Positions 25,091 through 42,015 of a stretch of DNA of 64,000 bases are shown one piece after another. Position 1 is the stretch's first letter. Each line of letters starts with the position of its first letter. Source of the DNA: Dictyostelium discoideum (taxonomy: Eukaryota); NCBI GenBank assembly GCA_000004695.1, contig CM000152.2, positions 128,001 through 192,000 on the forward strand. The letters run 5' to 3'. The notes beneath the pieces are model-generated. The model worked only from the letters and a program-made list of their open reading frames with translations, was not told the DNA's origin and did not search any database. Made by a program: the position numbers and the translations under genes.

Positions 25091-25603
25091 TTCTAAATAT
25101 CTTGTGTTGTGTGTTTTTTAAGTTTTTTGAAGTGAATTTTTTTTTTTTTTTTGTATTTGAAAATGAAAAAAAATTTTTTATAATATTTTCATTTTTTTAT
25201 TTTCAATTTTTTTTTTAATTTTGAAAATTCTTAGAAAATCATTGTTTTGGTCCATGTAATAAAAAAAATAAAAAATGATAAAAATAAAAAAGATATTTAT
25301 AAAAATATTTATAATAAATAAAATATAAAAAAAAAAAAAAAAAAAAAAAGAAAAATCAAATAAATAAAAAAGTTTGATGTTATAAAAATATTTATTTTAA
25401 ATTCGAGTTTAGAACCATTATCATTATATTTTTATTTTTATTTCTATTTTTTTAAAAAAAATCATTATTTTTTATTTTTAACTTTTTTTTTTTTTTTTTG
25501 TCATGAATATCCAGTTTTGTAGTTTACAACAATAATTAGCAAGTTTCATAAGTGTTTGTTCGTAAATGTGGTTATTTCTTCTACCACCCTTGAGGGAATC
25601 TTT

Positions 25604-25810
25604 TTACTTATTATTATATGATTCAAGTTGTTCAAGAATCTTTTGTTTTTCTAATAAAATTTTTTCAATTAATAATTTTTCATCTTCTTGTTGTTGTTTT
25701 AATTTTTTTATTTCTTCAAATTGATCTCTTGCTTGTTGCGCTATTGATTGAATCTCTTGCTTTTTATTATCAATTTCATTTTTTAAATTATTTTCAGTTT
25801 CACTTGACAT
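25604..25810 (-). CDS. Possible small coiled-coil protein (68 aa); may be an exon of a larger unrecognised gene.
   Basis: ORF MSSETENNLKNEIDNKKQEIQSIAQQARDQFEEIKKLKQQQEDEKLLIEKILLEKQKILEQLESYNNK has non-repetitive, charged heptad-like content unlike the surrounding poly-A/T. No splice partner found. Confidence 0.25.
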   Translation of the reverse strand: MSSETENNLKNEIDNKKQEIQSIAQQARDQFEEIKKLKQQQEDEKLLIEKILLEKQKILEQLESYNNK

Positions 25811-25830
25811 TGTGTTTGGGTTAAAAAAAA

Positions 25831-25866
<36 letters not shown>

Positions 25867-26172
25867 AAAAATAAAAAAAAAATTAAAACAAAAAACCCAA
25901 TATTTTTTTATTTTTTTTTTTATTTGAATATATTAATAGGTTTACTTTTGATCATTTTTAAAGATTAATCGGTATTTTTAATTTTTTTTTTTTATGCTGT
26001 TATTTATTTTTTTTTTTTTGTTTTTCTTTGATTTTTTTTATTTTTTTGTTTTTCTTTGATTTTTTTTTATTTTTTGTAATTTTTTTTTTTTTGTGATCAA
26101 AAATTAATCCCACAAAAAAAAAAAAAAAAAATAATGGTTTAAAAAAAAAGGTTATATAAATTTGAAATATAA

Positions 26173-26426
26173 ATGAAAGAGAAAATTATTAAAGCTGTGG
26201 TTCTTGGTGATGTAACAATTGGTAAAACATCATTATTAGTTACAAAAAAAATTGGATTTCCATTGGAATATATACCCACAATATTTGATAATCACTATTT
26301 CGAAATAAAAATAAATGACCAAATTATGAGAATTGGTTGTTGGGATACTGGTGGTGGTGAGGAATATCCTCGTATAAGGATGTTTTTTTTTATTTTTTAT
26401 TAAAAATTTTAATTATTATTTTATTT

Positions 26427-26465
<39 letters not shown>

Positions 26466-27011
26466 AGGACCATTATCATATCCACAAACAAATTTATTTT
26501 TAATTTTATTTTCAATATCTTCAAGAAATTCATTTAATAATTGTGAAACATATGTATGTAATTTAATTTTAATAATATATATTTGTTTTTTTTTTTTTTT
26601 TTTTAATCACATATTAATAATAAATAAAATAAAAAGTGGTTACCTGAAGTGACAAAATTTTTACCAAGTGTACCAATAATATTAGTTGGCACAAAAACGG
26701 ATTTAAGAAATTGTGATGATTATAAAGATAAATCAACATTTGTAACATATGAAGAAGGATTGGAGATGAAGGATAAAATTAATGCATCTGCATACCTAGA
26801 ATGCTCATCATTATTAAATAAAGGTGTAGATGATTTGTTCGATACAATGGCAATCATTGGTAATAATGACCTAAAATCAATAATTCCAAATCAATTACTT
26901 AGAGATCATTATAACCAATCACAAAGGAGTGAAATTTATGAAGCTCAAAGAAATAATTATGAAAATAATAACAATAATAATAATAATAATAATAAATGTA
27001 TAATTTGTTAA
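26173..27011 (+). CDS. Atypical Rho/Rac-family small GTPase, copy 1 of a tandem pair. It has a CAAX box (CIIC), and the catalytic Gln is replaced by Gly. 3 exons.
   Basis: Exon 1 is 26173..26377 (or ..26371), exon 2 is 26468..26553, exon 3 is 26637..27011. The G1 motif GDVTIGKT fits GxxxxGKT. Switch II is WDTGGGEEY, where canonical Rac has WDTAGQEDY. Also present: RPLSYPQTNLFLILFSISS, the G4 motif LVGTKTDLR, the G5 motif ECSSLL, and C-terminal KCIIC. The exon-1 donor at the position homologous to copy 2 reads GGATGT, not GT; the only in-phase GT donor is 6 nt upstream (C|GTATAAGG) and would delete two residues. Confidence 0.7.
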
Positions 27012-27064
27012 ATAAAAAAATGAAATTAAAAATTTTAATTATAATAATAATAATAATCCTTTTC

Positions 27065-27110
<46 letters not shown>

Positions 27111-27235
27111 TTATTCAAATTTGTGAAACATAAAAAAAATAAAGAACCAAAATATTAATAAAAATGGAAATTATATAATAAAAAAAAAACAGGTTATTAT
27201 TATCACATTTTATTTTTCTAAACCAAACTAAAACA

Positions 27236-27276
<41 letters not shown>

Positions 27277-27489
27277 ACCAAAATGAAAATAAAAAATTAA
27301 AAAATTAAAAAAAATTAAGATATTTATAAATTTTGTGCTTATTTTAAAATTAACCAATCAAAACTGACCAACAATCACTTAATATTTTGACTTTTTTTTT
27401 TTTTTTTTTTTTTAATTTTTAATAGGAAGTTTTTTTTTTTTAAGTTTTTGAAAAAAAAAAAAAAAGTTTTATTTATTATTATAAATAAA

Positions 27490-28262
27490 ATGGAAGAAAA
27501 TAAAATTAAAGTGGTATTGGTAAAACATCTTTATTGTATACAAAAAGGTAGAGGTACTTTTGAAACATACAATCCTACCTTATTTGAAGATCATATAAAA
27601 ATAAACAAAGATGGTAAAGAATATAATTTAGATTGTTGGGATATTAGCAGTGGTGCTGAGGATTATTCTCGTTTGAGTATGTCTTATAGTTAAATTTTAT
27701 TATATATAGGTTTTTTTTTTTTTTTTTTTTTTTTTCATTTGATTATTCAGTTTTATTTATTCTATTTTTAATTTTATATTTCTGTTAATAAAAAAACAGG
27801 ACCACTTTTATATCCAAATACAAATGTATTTTTTATTTGTTTTTCAATATCTTCAAGAGACTCATTTAATAAATGCACATGGGTATGTATTTAATTTCCA
27901 CCAACGAATATAAATAAATATTATTCAGTAAATTAATTTTTTCTATTTTGGGAAAAAAAAATTAAAATAAAAAGTGGGCCAAAGATTTAACTGAATATTG
28001 TCCTGACGTACCAAAGATATTGGTAGGAACTAAAATAGATTTAAGGGATGATAATGATCCAAATAAATCTGATTTTGTAAAATATAAAGAAGGTATAAAG
28101 ATGAAGGATAAAATTAATGCATCTACATACATAGAATGTTCGTCATTATTAAATAAAGGTGTAAATGATTTATTTGATACAATTTCAATCTTTAGTGACA
28201 ATAGAATACAAAGTAATTGTAATAATAAAAATCATAAAGAAAATAAATGCATTATTTGTTAA
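27490..28262 (+). CDS. Atypical Rho-like protein, copy 2 of the tandem pair. It is a probable pseudo-GTPase with a degenerate P-loop and no catalytic Gln; CAAX CIIC. 3 exons.
   Basis: join(27490..27676,27801..27883,27975..28262). Introns are GTATGT..aaacag and GTATGT..aaaaag, with phases 1 and 0. Where GDGAVGKT is expected the protein reads MEENKIKVVLVKHLYCIQKGRGTFETYNPTLFEDH, with no Gly or Lys of the Walker A motif. Switch II is WDISSGAEDYSRLRPLLYP. The G4 motif LVGTKIDLRDD and G5 motif ECSSLLNKG are retained, and the C-terminus is KCIIC. Exon/intron positions are identical to copy 1, consistent with tandem duplication. Confidence 0.65.
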
Positions 28263-28514
28263 ATAAAATAAAATAATTTTTATTATTTATTTTTTAAGTT
28301 TTCCGTTTTTTTATTAAAAAATTTTAAGTGATCAATTTTCCGACCTAGATATTTTAATTTTTTTTTTAAAAAAAAAATTCCCTGGTCCGACTTAAAATTT
28401 TACAAAATCAGAAAAAAAAAAATATGCATTTTTTTTTTCTATAGTTTTTTTTTTTTATTTTTATTTTTTTTTTTTTCTAATTTTATTTTAATCAAAATTA
28501 ACTTTGTTGTGATA

Positions 28515-33593
<5,079 letters not shown>

Positions 33594-34119
33594 ACTATAC
33601 ATTTGAGATATGGTAATTTCATGAGAAAAAAAATAAATTAAAAAAATTAAAAAAACTAAACAAAATTAAAAAAAATAAAATAAAATAAAATTTTAAATAA
33701 AATTTAAAAATAGACCAATCAATCAATCAATAAATAAATAAATAAACAAAAAAAAATGTTTAAAGAAGGGTAATTTTAGTGAATATTGTTTTCTAAGAAA
33801 TTTTTTTAATACAAAAGATTGTAAATCCACTTTCATATTTTTGCAGCATTTAAAAAACATTGATATTTATTTTATTTTATCTTATTTATTTTAATTTAAT
33901 ATCATGTAAATTAATTTTTTTTTTTTTTTTTTATTTCTTTTATTTAATTTTATTAAAAAAAAAAAAAGAAAAAAAAAAAAAAAAAAAAAGAAAATAAACC
34001 AAATAATTGTTTTTTTTTTTTTTTTTTTTTACAAAAATACAGTGTTTTTTTTAGTTTTTTTTTTATTATTATTTATTTATTTACAAAATTTGTATATAAA
34101 TTTATATATACAAATAAAA

Positions 34120-34377
34120 TTAGCTTGGTGATGGGTTGAGAGCTGGATTACCACTATTGTCACCTACTTCTTCTAAGAATCTTTGTTCAGCAGATAAAGT
34201 GTTGAAACAAGATTTGTGGATAGCATACAATGAAGCGAATCTTTCGTTCTTACTACTTAAATTAAGGGTTGATAAGAATTTGCTTGAATCTATGGTATTC
34301 TTTGAAAAGTTAACGAGGTTTGAACCGTTTGAATAAACTTTAGTTGATGATTGAATTAATTTACCAATGGAATTCAT
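34120..34377 (-). CDS. Hypothetical small Ser/Asn-rich protein (85 aa).
   Basis: Isolated ORF MNSIGKLIQSSTKVYSNGSNLVNFSKNTID...AEQRFLEEVGDNSGNPALNPSPS. It sits in a GC-richer island (34120-34400) inside an otherwise extremely AT-rich 2.7-kb intergenic region. No family recognised; it could be spurious. Confidence 0.3.
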   Translation of the reverse strand: MNSIGKLIQSSTKVYSNGSNLVNFSKNTIDSSKFLSTLNLSSKNERFASLYAIHKSCFNTLSAEQRFLEEVGDNSGNPALNPSPS

Positions 34378-35635
34378 TTTTGATTTGTATTGAATTTTTT
34401 TTTTTAATACGACGGGAATTGATTAGATTTTGTGCGTTTTAATTTGGATAAAATTGAATTTTTATGTAAAGAGTTGTTTATAATGATATTATTTATCGAA
34501 GCCAATTTAAAATTTAATATAATATAGCTTTTAAAAAATATTATATATTAAAATTTAAAAAAATTTAAAATTGGTAATTATGAAATATTAAAAGGGAAAT
34601 AAAATAATTATTATTGGTAAATGTTTAATGAAAATTGAAAATAAAAAATAATTTTTTGATTCTGTTGTTTTTTTTTTTTTTTGTTTTTTTTTTTGTATTT
34701 TTTCAAATAAATAAATAAAAAAAATAATAATTTAAAAAATAAAAAAAATTAATAATTAGTATAAAAAAGTAATAAAAATAGAAATTATAATAATTATAAA
34801 TTTTTTTTTTTTTTTTAAATACATTATTAAGAAAAACTGCCTTTAAATAAAAAGAAAAAAAAAAAGAAGGCAACCAGTACAAAAAAAAATTATTTTTCAC
34901 CACAATACTCAAATTTTTATGTATCCAGCCAGCTTATAGATTATAATAATTACTATTATTATTATAATATTTTTTTAATACATCTTTTGTTTGTTGGTAT
35001 GAGGTGTGGTAAAATAATATTTTTTATTATAATTATTTGCCATATTTTTTTATTTTTTTTTTTTTATTTTATTTGCTTTTGTTTATTACATCATTGGATT
35101 TTTTTTTTTTTTTATTTTATTTTTTTTTTTTTATTTATTTATTAAAAACTTACAAATTATTTCCTTTTTTTTTTTCTTTTTTTTTTTTGAATTAATTGAT
35201 TGCGAGAGTGAATTAAAAATGATTAATATTTGTGAAACCTTTTTGCCTTTTATTCTTTTTTTTTTGTAATTTTTTAAAAAAAAAAAAAATTAAATAAAAT
35301 AAAATTTAAAATAAAAAAAAACAAAAATTAAAAAAAAATATTATTATTTTTTAGCATTGAAAAATTGACATTTTGTGACACTTTTCAAATAAACTTAAAA
35401 AAGATTTTCAAATCTAGATTTTAAATTCGATAATTATAATATTTTTTTTTTTTTTTATTACAATAATGGTTTTTTTTTTACTTTATTTTTGGGAATTTAT
35501 TAATAATTTATGATTATTTTCGTAATAGTTGAAACTTTATTTTTATTTTTTTTTTTTTTTTTTTTTAATTTTTTATTTTTTTTTTTTTTATAATAATAAA
35601 ACAAGGGGTTAAAAAATTAAGTTTTACTATTTTTT

Positions 35636-35670
<35 letters not shown>

Positions 35671-35789
35671 GTTTTTTTTTTACTGTTTTTTTATCTTAAA
35701 AACTAACCCTTTTAGGTGTGCCTGTGTCACTTTTTTTTTTTTAGAAATTTTTCGAAAATAGAAAAGAATAGGATCACAACAATTCTTGA

Positions 35790-35841
<52 letters not shown>

Positions 35842-36354
35842 TATTTTTATTTTATTTGTTTAATTTCATTTATTTTTCAAATGGTTTTTGTTATTGATTT
35901 TTTTTTTTTTTTTTTATTATTTTATTATTTTTTTAATTTTTTTTTTCTTTCCTTTGTGTTAAATTAAAATAATAACTTGTGAAAGTAAATATCTTTTTAT
36001 TTTTATTTATTATCATAATAATAAAAGTGTGAGAAAATTGTTGTAAAAGTATCTTAAGATATTATTTTTTAAGTTATTATTAGAAAGAAAAAAAAAAATA
36101 AAAAAATAAAATAAAAATAAAAATAATTTAATTTTTTTTTTATTTTAATTATTTTTTATTTTAATTTTTTGTTGAAATTAATTCCAAAAAAAAAATATTT
36201 ATTTTTAGTGACCAATTAGGGTGATTTGAGAAAAAAAAAATAAAAAAAAAAAATTGAAAATAATCCAAAAAAAAAAAAAAAAAAAAAAAAAAATTTAATT
36301 TTATTAAATTATTTTATTATTATTTTATTATTATATATATTTTTTTTATCTTTA

Positions 36355-36514
36355 TTAATTTTCATGAATTACTAAACGATTTTCGTTTAAACCCAAAAAT
36401 TGGTCACTAACATCCAACTCACTCACCAATTGATGAATTGATTTTAAAATTGATTGATTATAAAGTAATGACTTTGGTAATGGTGGATTTGATTTAACTT
36501 GATAAATCTATTTT

Positions 36515-36552
<38 letters not shown>

Positions 36553-36576
36553 TAAATATAAATATAATCAAATGTT

Positions 36577-36615
<39 letters not shown>

Positions 36616-37921
36616 TACATACATTATCTTGAAACTCTTTATGTAAATAAAAAGTAGCATGACAAAAGATAAATCTAATAATGAAAGATCTTAAGAAATC
36701 ATCCAATAAAAAGAAAGAAAAGGATGGATGTAAATCAACACATTCAAACAATAATTTTGAGATGATCTCTAAACTGTTTTGAGCCAATAAACTAATGTTA
36801 TTAAATGTTTTTGATGGTATCTTATTGCCACAAGAGATATCACAAAAAGCACTAATTGGATCGTGTAAAAAGAATGTAAATAAATTACCACATTTTAAAT
36901 TTGATACCAATTCTAAAAATAAATGATAGAAAATAAAGATATCAATAAATATGTATATTGTATGTGAGATATATAAATAATGTACATACTCTTTGGTATT
37001 GATTGTGGGGATAATAGTGAAACGAATGGTTGATTAAATGTTGGAAGTTCATTGAAAATATCACTTGATTGAGAGTTCACAATTAAAAAGAATGGTTTTC
37101 TACAAAATGGTAATAAATCCATTGGATATAATGATTCAACCTTTGTATTGAAAGGTGCTTCATTATATTTATAAATTGGAATATTTGATGTTGTTGATGT
37201 TGAAGTTGAGTTTGTTGTTGTTGTAGTGGTGGTGGTTTGAGCTGTTACATTTGTTGCTGTTGTTGTAGTGGTTGGAACTGTTACATTTGTTGTAGTATTG
37301 TTGTTGTTATTATTTACTGTTGGTGAATTTATTGCTTGTGAGGGTTTTTGCATATTTAATGTTAAACCTTTTGTAAACAATTTATTATATAATGGATTTG
37401 TTGCTGTTGCTGTTGTAGTAATTGGAATATTTGTATTTGAATCATCAATCAATGATGGTACAGTTTCTTGTTGAATTGATGGTGGTGGTTGTATATGTTG
37501 ATTTACATGATTATCTTCATTTGTGAAACCATCAGCACAAATATAGAGTAACATTGCTTTATTATCACCCAATTCCTTGAATGAATATGATAAAAATAAT
37601 AATATTTGTGAAATTGTTGGCCTATACAATAAGTATTTATGTGGATTCCTTTTCTTAATTCCACTACCATTACCATTTTGTTGTTGTTGTTGTTGATGAT
37701 GTAAATGTTGTTGAAGTGGTTGTGAGGGTATTGTTGTGTTTTGTTGATCTGTTCCATTATTCTTTTCTTTTGCCTCTGCTGCTTGTTGTTGTTGTTGTTG
37801 TTGTAATGCTGTTAATTGTTGTTTTAATTTCATATCATTTTCTTTTGCTTCACTCATTGGTTCATATTCTAATGATTGTGTCATTCTAAACATATCTAAT
37901 GTAATTTCACTAAATTTAATC

Positions 37922-37961
<40 letters not shown>

Positions 37962-39062
37962 TATTTTTTAAAATATATTAAATAATGATAATATCTATTG
38001 TTTACTATATTAATTACTTACTTGATTTTGTTGACTTCCAACTAAAATTGCTTGTTGTAAAATTTGAGTAGATTCTAATGGGAAAGGTGGTGATGGGCAA
38101 TTTAAATGATTTAAACGATGTGATTGAACTGTATTATTTGTATGTTCACCATTATTATTGTTGCTATTGCTATTATTATTTATAATATTACCACTATTTG
38201 TTAAAGATGGTGATTGATTTGTATCAGAGAAAGTTGCACATTGATCAGCTTGTAAGAAAGAAAAGATTTCTTGTAATACTAAACTCCATTCTTGAGCATC
38301 AGATGGTTTATAAATTTTAGTATAATCATTAACATGTTTTAATAACTCTTCAATTAAATCGAATACTACTTTCTTTTTATTTAATAATAAACAAACTACA
38401 ATGAATCTTGCATAGTAACGTAATTGTTTAACCATCATATCTGGTGTTTTATCTAATGAAACATCTTTAAAATATGATCTTAATCTAATAGCTTCATAAA
38501 ATATATATGATTCATTTAAATAATTTGTGTCACTAGTTCTTAAATAATAATGATAATATAATCTTTATAATTATTGATAATAATAATAGTTTGAAATTAG
38601 TATTTAAATATATATATATATATATATGTAAATTATAATTTACATTGAGACTTACTGTCCAATTTTTGAAGCGATTTCACCAATTTCACATCTTTTTAGA
38701 CCATATTTTGATTTATCTTCAAGAATTGAACGATATTGTTGTTGAAATTTCCATAATTTTGTATAGAGTTCAAATGTTTTTTGAAAGAATGGTTGCCATT
38801 GTCTACCAAATTGTGGAAGATCTCTTAATCCTATAAATAATCTTTGTGATTTTCTTAATAAATGTTCAAATGTTTTAATAATCTCTGTGGGTAATACTGT
38901 TATTGGTTGTGCTGATGTTGATGAAGTTGTTGTTGTTGTTGAATTATTGGGTGGTGATGTATGACCAGTTGCACTATTTTCTGATTTTATTGGTGTTACT
39001 GTTTTATTATTATTATTATTTAAATCATCAGTTGTTGTTGATGATTTTGTAGTGATTTCCAT
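36355..39062 (-). CDS. scai: SCAI (suppressor of cancer cell invasion) family protein ortholog, about 773 aa, 5 exons.
   Basis: join(39062..38656,38562..38022,37920..36990,36912..36623,36507..36355) on the minus strand. Introns are 93, 101, 77 and 115 bp with GTAAGT/GTATGT donors and ttttag/aaatag acceptors; phases 2,0,1,0 were verified. The model merges four ORF-track ORFs. Matches to human SCAI recalled from memory: GLRDLPQFGRQWQPFFQKTFELYTKLWKFQQQYR, YGLKRCEIGEIASKIGQ|LYYHYYLRTSDTNYLNESYIFYEAIRLRSYF, KQLRYYARFIVVCLLLNKK, IKFSEITLDMFRMTQSLEYEPM, NPHKYLLYRPTISQI, DLLPFCRKPFFLIVNSQSS, DDFLRSFIIRFIFCHATFYLHKEF. Q-, T- and N-rich insertions are Dictyostelium-specific. Confidence 0.85.
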
Positions 39063-39303
39063 TATTTAATTTATAAATACAATGCAATGTATTTAATTAA
39101 TATGAAAAAAAAAATATAAAAAAATAAAAACACAAAAATATTAAAAAAAAAAAAATTAAAAAAAAAAAAAAATTGAAAAAAAAAAAAATATATTTTTTTT
39201 TTTGTTTTTATTAATTTGGATCCCTTTTTATTAATATAGTATTTTTTTTTTTTTTTGTTTTTATTTATTTTATTTTTTTTTTTTTTTTTTTTTTTTTTTA
39301 TTA

Positions 39304-39864
39304 TTATAAAGCAATTGCACGGAAATCATTAGCCAAACTACCAATTACACCAAATGCATCAAATTTATCTTGTTTTTCATTGAATGTTCCCAAAATAAAA
39401 GTTGTTTTAGTTTTTTCAAGTGAAAATCCACATTTGGTTTTAGAATTAAAACCGTAAATAGAATATTTTGATACACCTTCAACAATATAACCGTCACCCA
39501 ATAATTCAATACCACAATTTGCAACCACTTCTTTATTTAATTGACCCAATGGAGTTTTTTCAAAATATTTTGATAAATTAATACCTTGTTTTGGAAATGA
39601 TTTGGTATTAATATTTTTATTTGTAATTACAATTCCATTCAAATCAAAAATAACAACACCACTAATATAATCATGTTCAAATAAATTTGTAATAATTTGT
39701 TTCCAAAATTGACCACCATCTTCATTTTCAATTACATCATTTAAATTTTTTTTATTATTATTATTATTATCGTTACTACCACCAGCTTCATTATTTAAAA
39801 TTTTTTTTTTATTTTCATTTTGTTTATTATTATTATTATTTTTTTTGGAAGTTCTGATTGACAT
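39304..39864 (-). CDS. Profilin-like protein with an Asn/Lys-rich N-terminal extension, 186 aa.
   Basis: Single ORF. The C-terminal 135 aa follow the profilin pattern: FWKQIITNLFEHDYISGVVIFDLNGIVI resembles WxxYIDNLMxDGxxxAAIVGxDGSVWA. CGIELLGDGYIVEGV resembles GLTLGGQKCSVIRD. SLEKTKTTFILGTFNEK resembles VTKTDKTLVLLMGKEG. FGVIGSLANDFRAIAL is the C-terminal helix. The similarity is moderate and recalled, not searched. Confidence 0.5.
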   Translation of the reverse strand: MSIRTSKKNNNNNKQNENKKKILNNEAGGSNDNNNNNKKNLNDVIENEDGGQFWKQIITNLFEHDYISGVVIFDLNGIVITNKNINTKSFPKQGINLSKYFEKTPLGQLNKEVVANCGIELLGDGYIVEGVSKYSIYGFNSKTKCGFSLEKTKTTFILGTFNEKQDKFDAFGVIGSLANDFRAIAL

Positions 39865-40536
39865 TTTTTTTTTTTTTTTTTTTTTTTTTAATAGAATCTA
39901 ATAATATAATAAATTTTTATTGTTACAAAAAAAAAAAAAAAAACAATAACAAAAAAAAAAAAAAAAATACAAAAGTACAAAAAAAAAAAAAAAATAAATA
40001 AATAAAATTAGTAAAATAATAAATTAAAATAATAAGTGAAATATATTACAAAAATATTTCATAGAGGTGTGGGTGTGTTAATAAAAAAAATATGAAAAAA
40101 ACAAGTTTGGGGGTTTGAATATATGCCATTGCTTTGTTTGGTGGTTTAAATAAATAATAATAATAATAATAATAGTAATAATAATAATAAAAAAAAAAAA
40201 AAAAAAAGAATATTCATTAATATTAGAAAAAAAAAAAAAGATTTCAGTTTTGAACCAAAATAAATCAATAATTTTATATTTCCAATAATCCCTCCTCATA
40301 GGGGAGAAAAAAAAAAATAAAAAATAAAAATAAAATAAAGTGTTTAAAAATAAAAAATAAAAATAAAATAAATTTTTTTTTTTTTTTTTTTTTTTTCTCT
40401 TTTAATCCTCAAATTGTCTAAAAAGAATTTTATTATTAAAAAATCGATCATCAATTATAACTTTTGTTTATTTTATTTTTATTAATTAATTTTATTTATT
40501 TTTTTATTTTTTTTTTATTTTTTTTTTTTTAATTTT

Positions 40537-40575
<39 letters not shown>

Positions 40576-40686
40576 GATAATTTTTTATTTTTTTTTATTT
40601 TGTTAAATATTTCTTTTTTTTTTTTTTTTTGGTTTTAAAAAATTATATATATTATTTATATATATATTTTATTTATATATTAAAAA

Positions 40687-42015
40687 ATGGCAAAAATAAT
40701 TAAACCACCAACACAAGAAGAAATGAGAGATTTAACATCATTATTATCATCAGGTGAACCATATGAAATATTAGGATGTGATCCTGATTCAACACAAAAA
40801 GAAATAACAAAAAGATATAGAGATTTAGCAAGAAAACATCACCCAGATAAACAACAGCATAATGGTAATAATAAAAACGATGGTGGTGATATGATGACAA
40901 AGATTAACAATGCATACAAGTTACTCTCAAATGAAAGATTTAAAGAAGTCTATGACGTCTATCTATTACAAGAGATGATGATGGATGGTGATGGTAGTGG
41001 TAGTGGTGGTGTTGATTTTGATACAGATAGAATATATCGTGAAGCTAGATTCAAAAACATCTTATTAACCTCACTTGGACTCTTATTCAACACTTTCTCA
41101 ATCCCATTCAGAACTATAGCTGTTGTAATTCAATCAAATCCAACCATAATCAAACCAATGACTGTACTAAAATCAATGACCAAAGGACACGGTTTCTTCA
41201 AAGGTCTATTCAGGGGCACCGCCTTCCTCCTCTCTTCATCAGTATTAGAATTAATTCGTGAGAAATCAATTGAAACTTCATTTAAATATATTGACAATTT
41301 AATAATACCATCATCATCATCATCTGACAGTGGTAGTGGTAGTGGTGGTAGTAAAAAATTACAAATTTTAAAATCATTTATAAATATATTCACTAAAGCA
41401 ATATTAAATTTCCCAATTCGTATGATTGGTAATATTTTAATATTGTCACCACCTGGGTATGGTGTATTTAGAGTTATTAAGGATGTAATATTACGTTATG
41501 ATCAAGCCACCACTGGTAATATCATTATGAGCGTTAGCAATGGTAGAGCCCCGCCAATTCAGTGGAAGAATTTATTCTACTCGTTGGGTTATTCATTGGC
41601 AATTGTTTATAGTAAAAAGTTGATTATAAAAGGTTTGAAGGTTATTGATATTCATGTTTACGAAGGTAGTATCAAAGATCCAAATAGTAAACTCTATCGT
41701 TACTCAAACTATCTCCTTAGTAAAACTTTATTCCGTGTCGCTTTGCAAACCATCCTCGTTAATCCATTCGATGTTTTGCATTCTCAATATCCACGTATCC
41801 TTTTAGATAGTTGGTTAAATGGTTCCATACCTGTACCTGTTGCTCAGAATCCAATCTCATTGGCAATCGATATCTATCGCTCAAATAATAATAGTATAAC
41901 TAAATTCTTTAATGGTGTAATTCCATTATTCTTTTGTAAGATTTTCGAAGATTTTTGTGAGCAATGTGATGTTAGTGATATTGATGATTATGAAGATGAC
42001 GATATTTATGCTTAA
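40687..42015 (+). CDS. DnaJ (J-domain) protein with a hydrophobic, possibly membrane-associated, C-terminal region, 442 aa.
   Basis: Single ORF. The J domain is YEILGCDPDSTQKEITKRYRDLARKHHPDK (invariant HPD) ... INNAYKLLSNERFKEVYD. A Gly/Ser linker and several hydrophobic stretches follow (LLTSLGLLFNTFSIPFRTIAVVI; ILNFPIRMIGNILILSPP). It is transcribed divergently from the profilin-like gene across an 820-bp intergenic region. Confidence 0.85.
   Translation: MAKIIKPPTQEEMRDLTSLLSSGEPYEILGCDPDSTQKEITKRYRDLARKHHPDKQQHNGNNKNDGGDMMTKINNAYKLLSNERFKEVYDVYLLQEMMMDGDGSGSGGVDFDTDRIYREARFKNILLTSLGLLFNTFSIPFRTIAVVIQSNPTIIKPMTVLKSMTKGHGFFKGLFRGTAFLLSSSVLELIREKSIETSFKYIDNLIIPSSSSSDSGSGSGGSKKLQILKSFINIFTKAILNFPIRMIGNILILSPPGYGVFRVIKDVILRYDQATTGNIIMSVSNGRAPPIQWKNLFYSLGYSLAIVYSKKLIIKGLKVIDIHVYEGSIKDPNSKLYRYSNYLLSKTLFRVALQTILVNPFDVLHSQYPRILLDSWLNGSIPVPVAQNPISLAIDIYRSNNNSITKFFNGVIPLFFCKIFEDFCEQCDVSDIDDYEDDDIYA

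Noticed and set aside
37268-37757. ORFs 37268..37474+ and 37503..37757- inside the SCAI third exon
   Set aside because: They are off-frame or antisense readings. The SCAI frame is supported by homology throughout.
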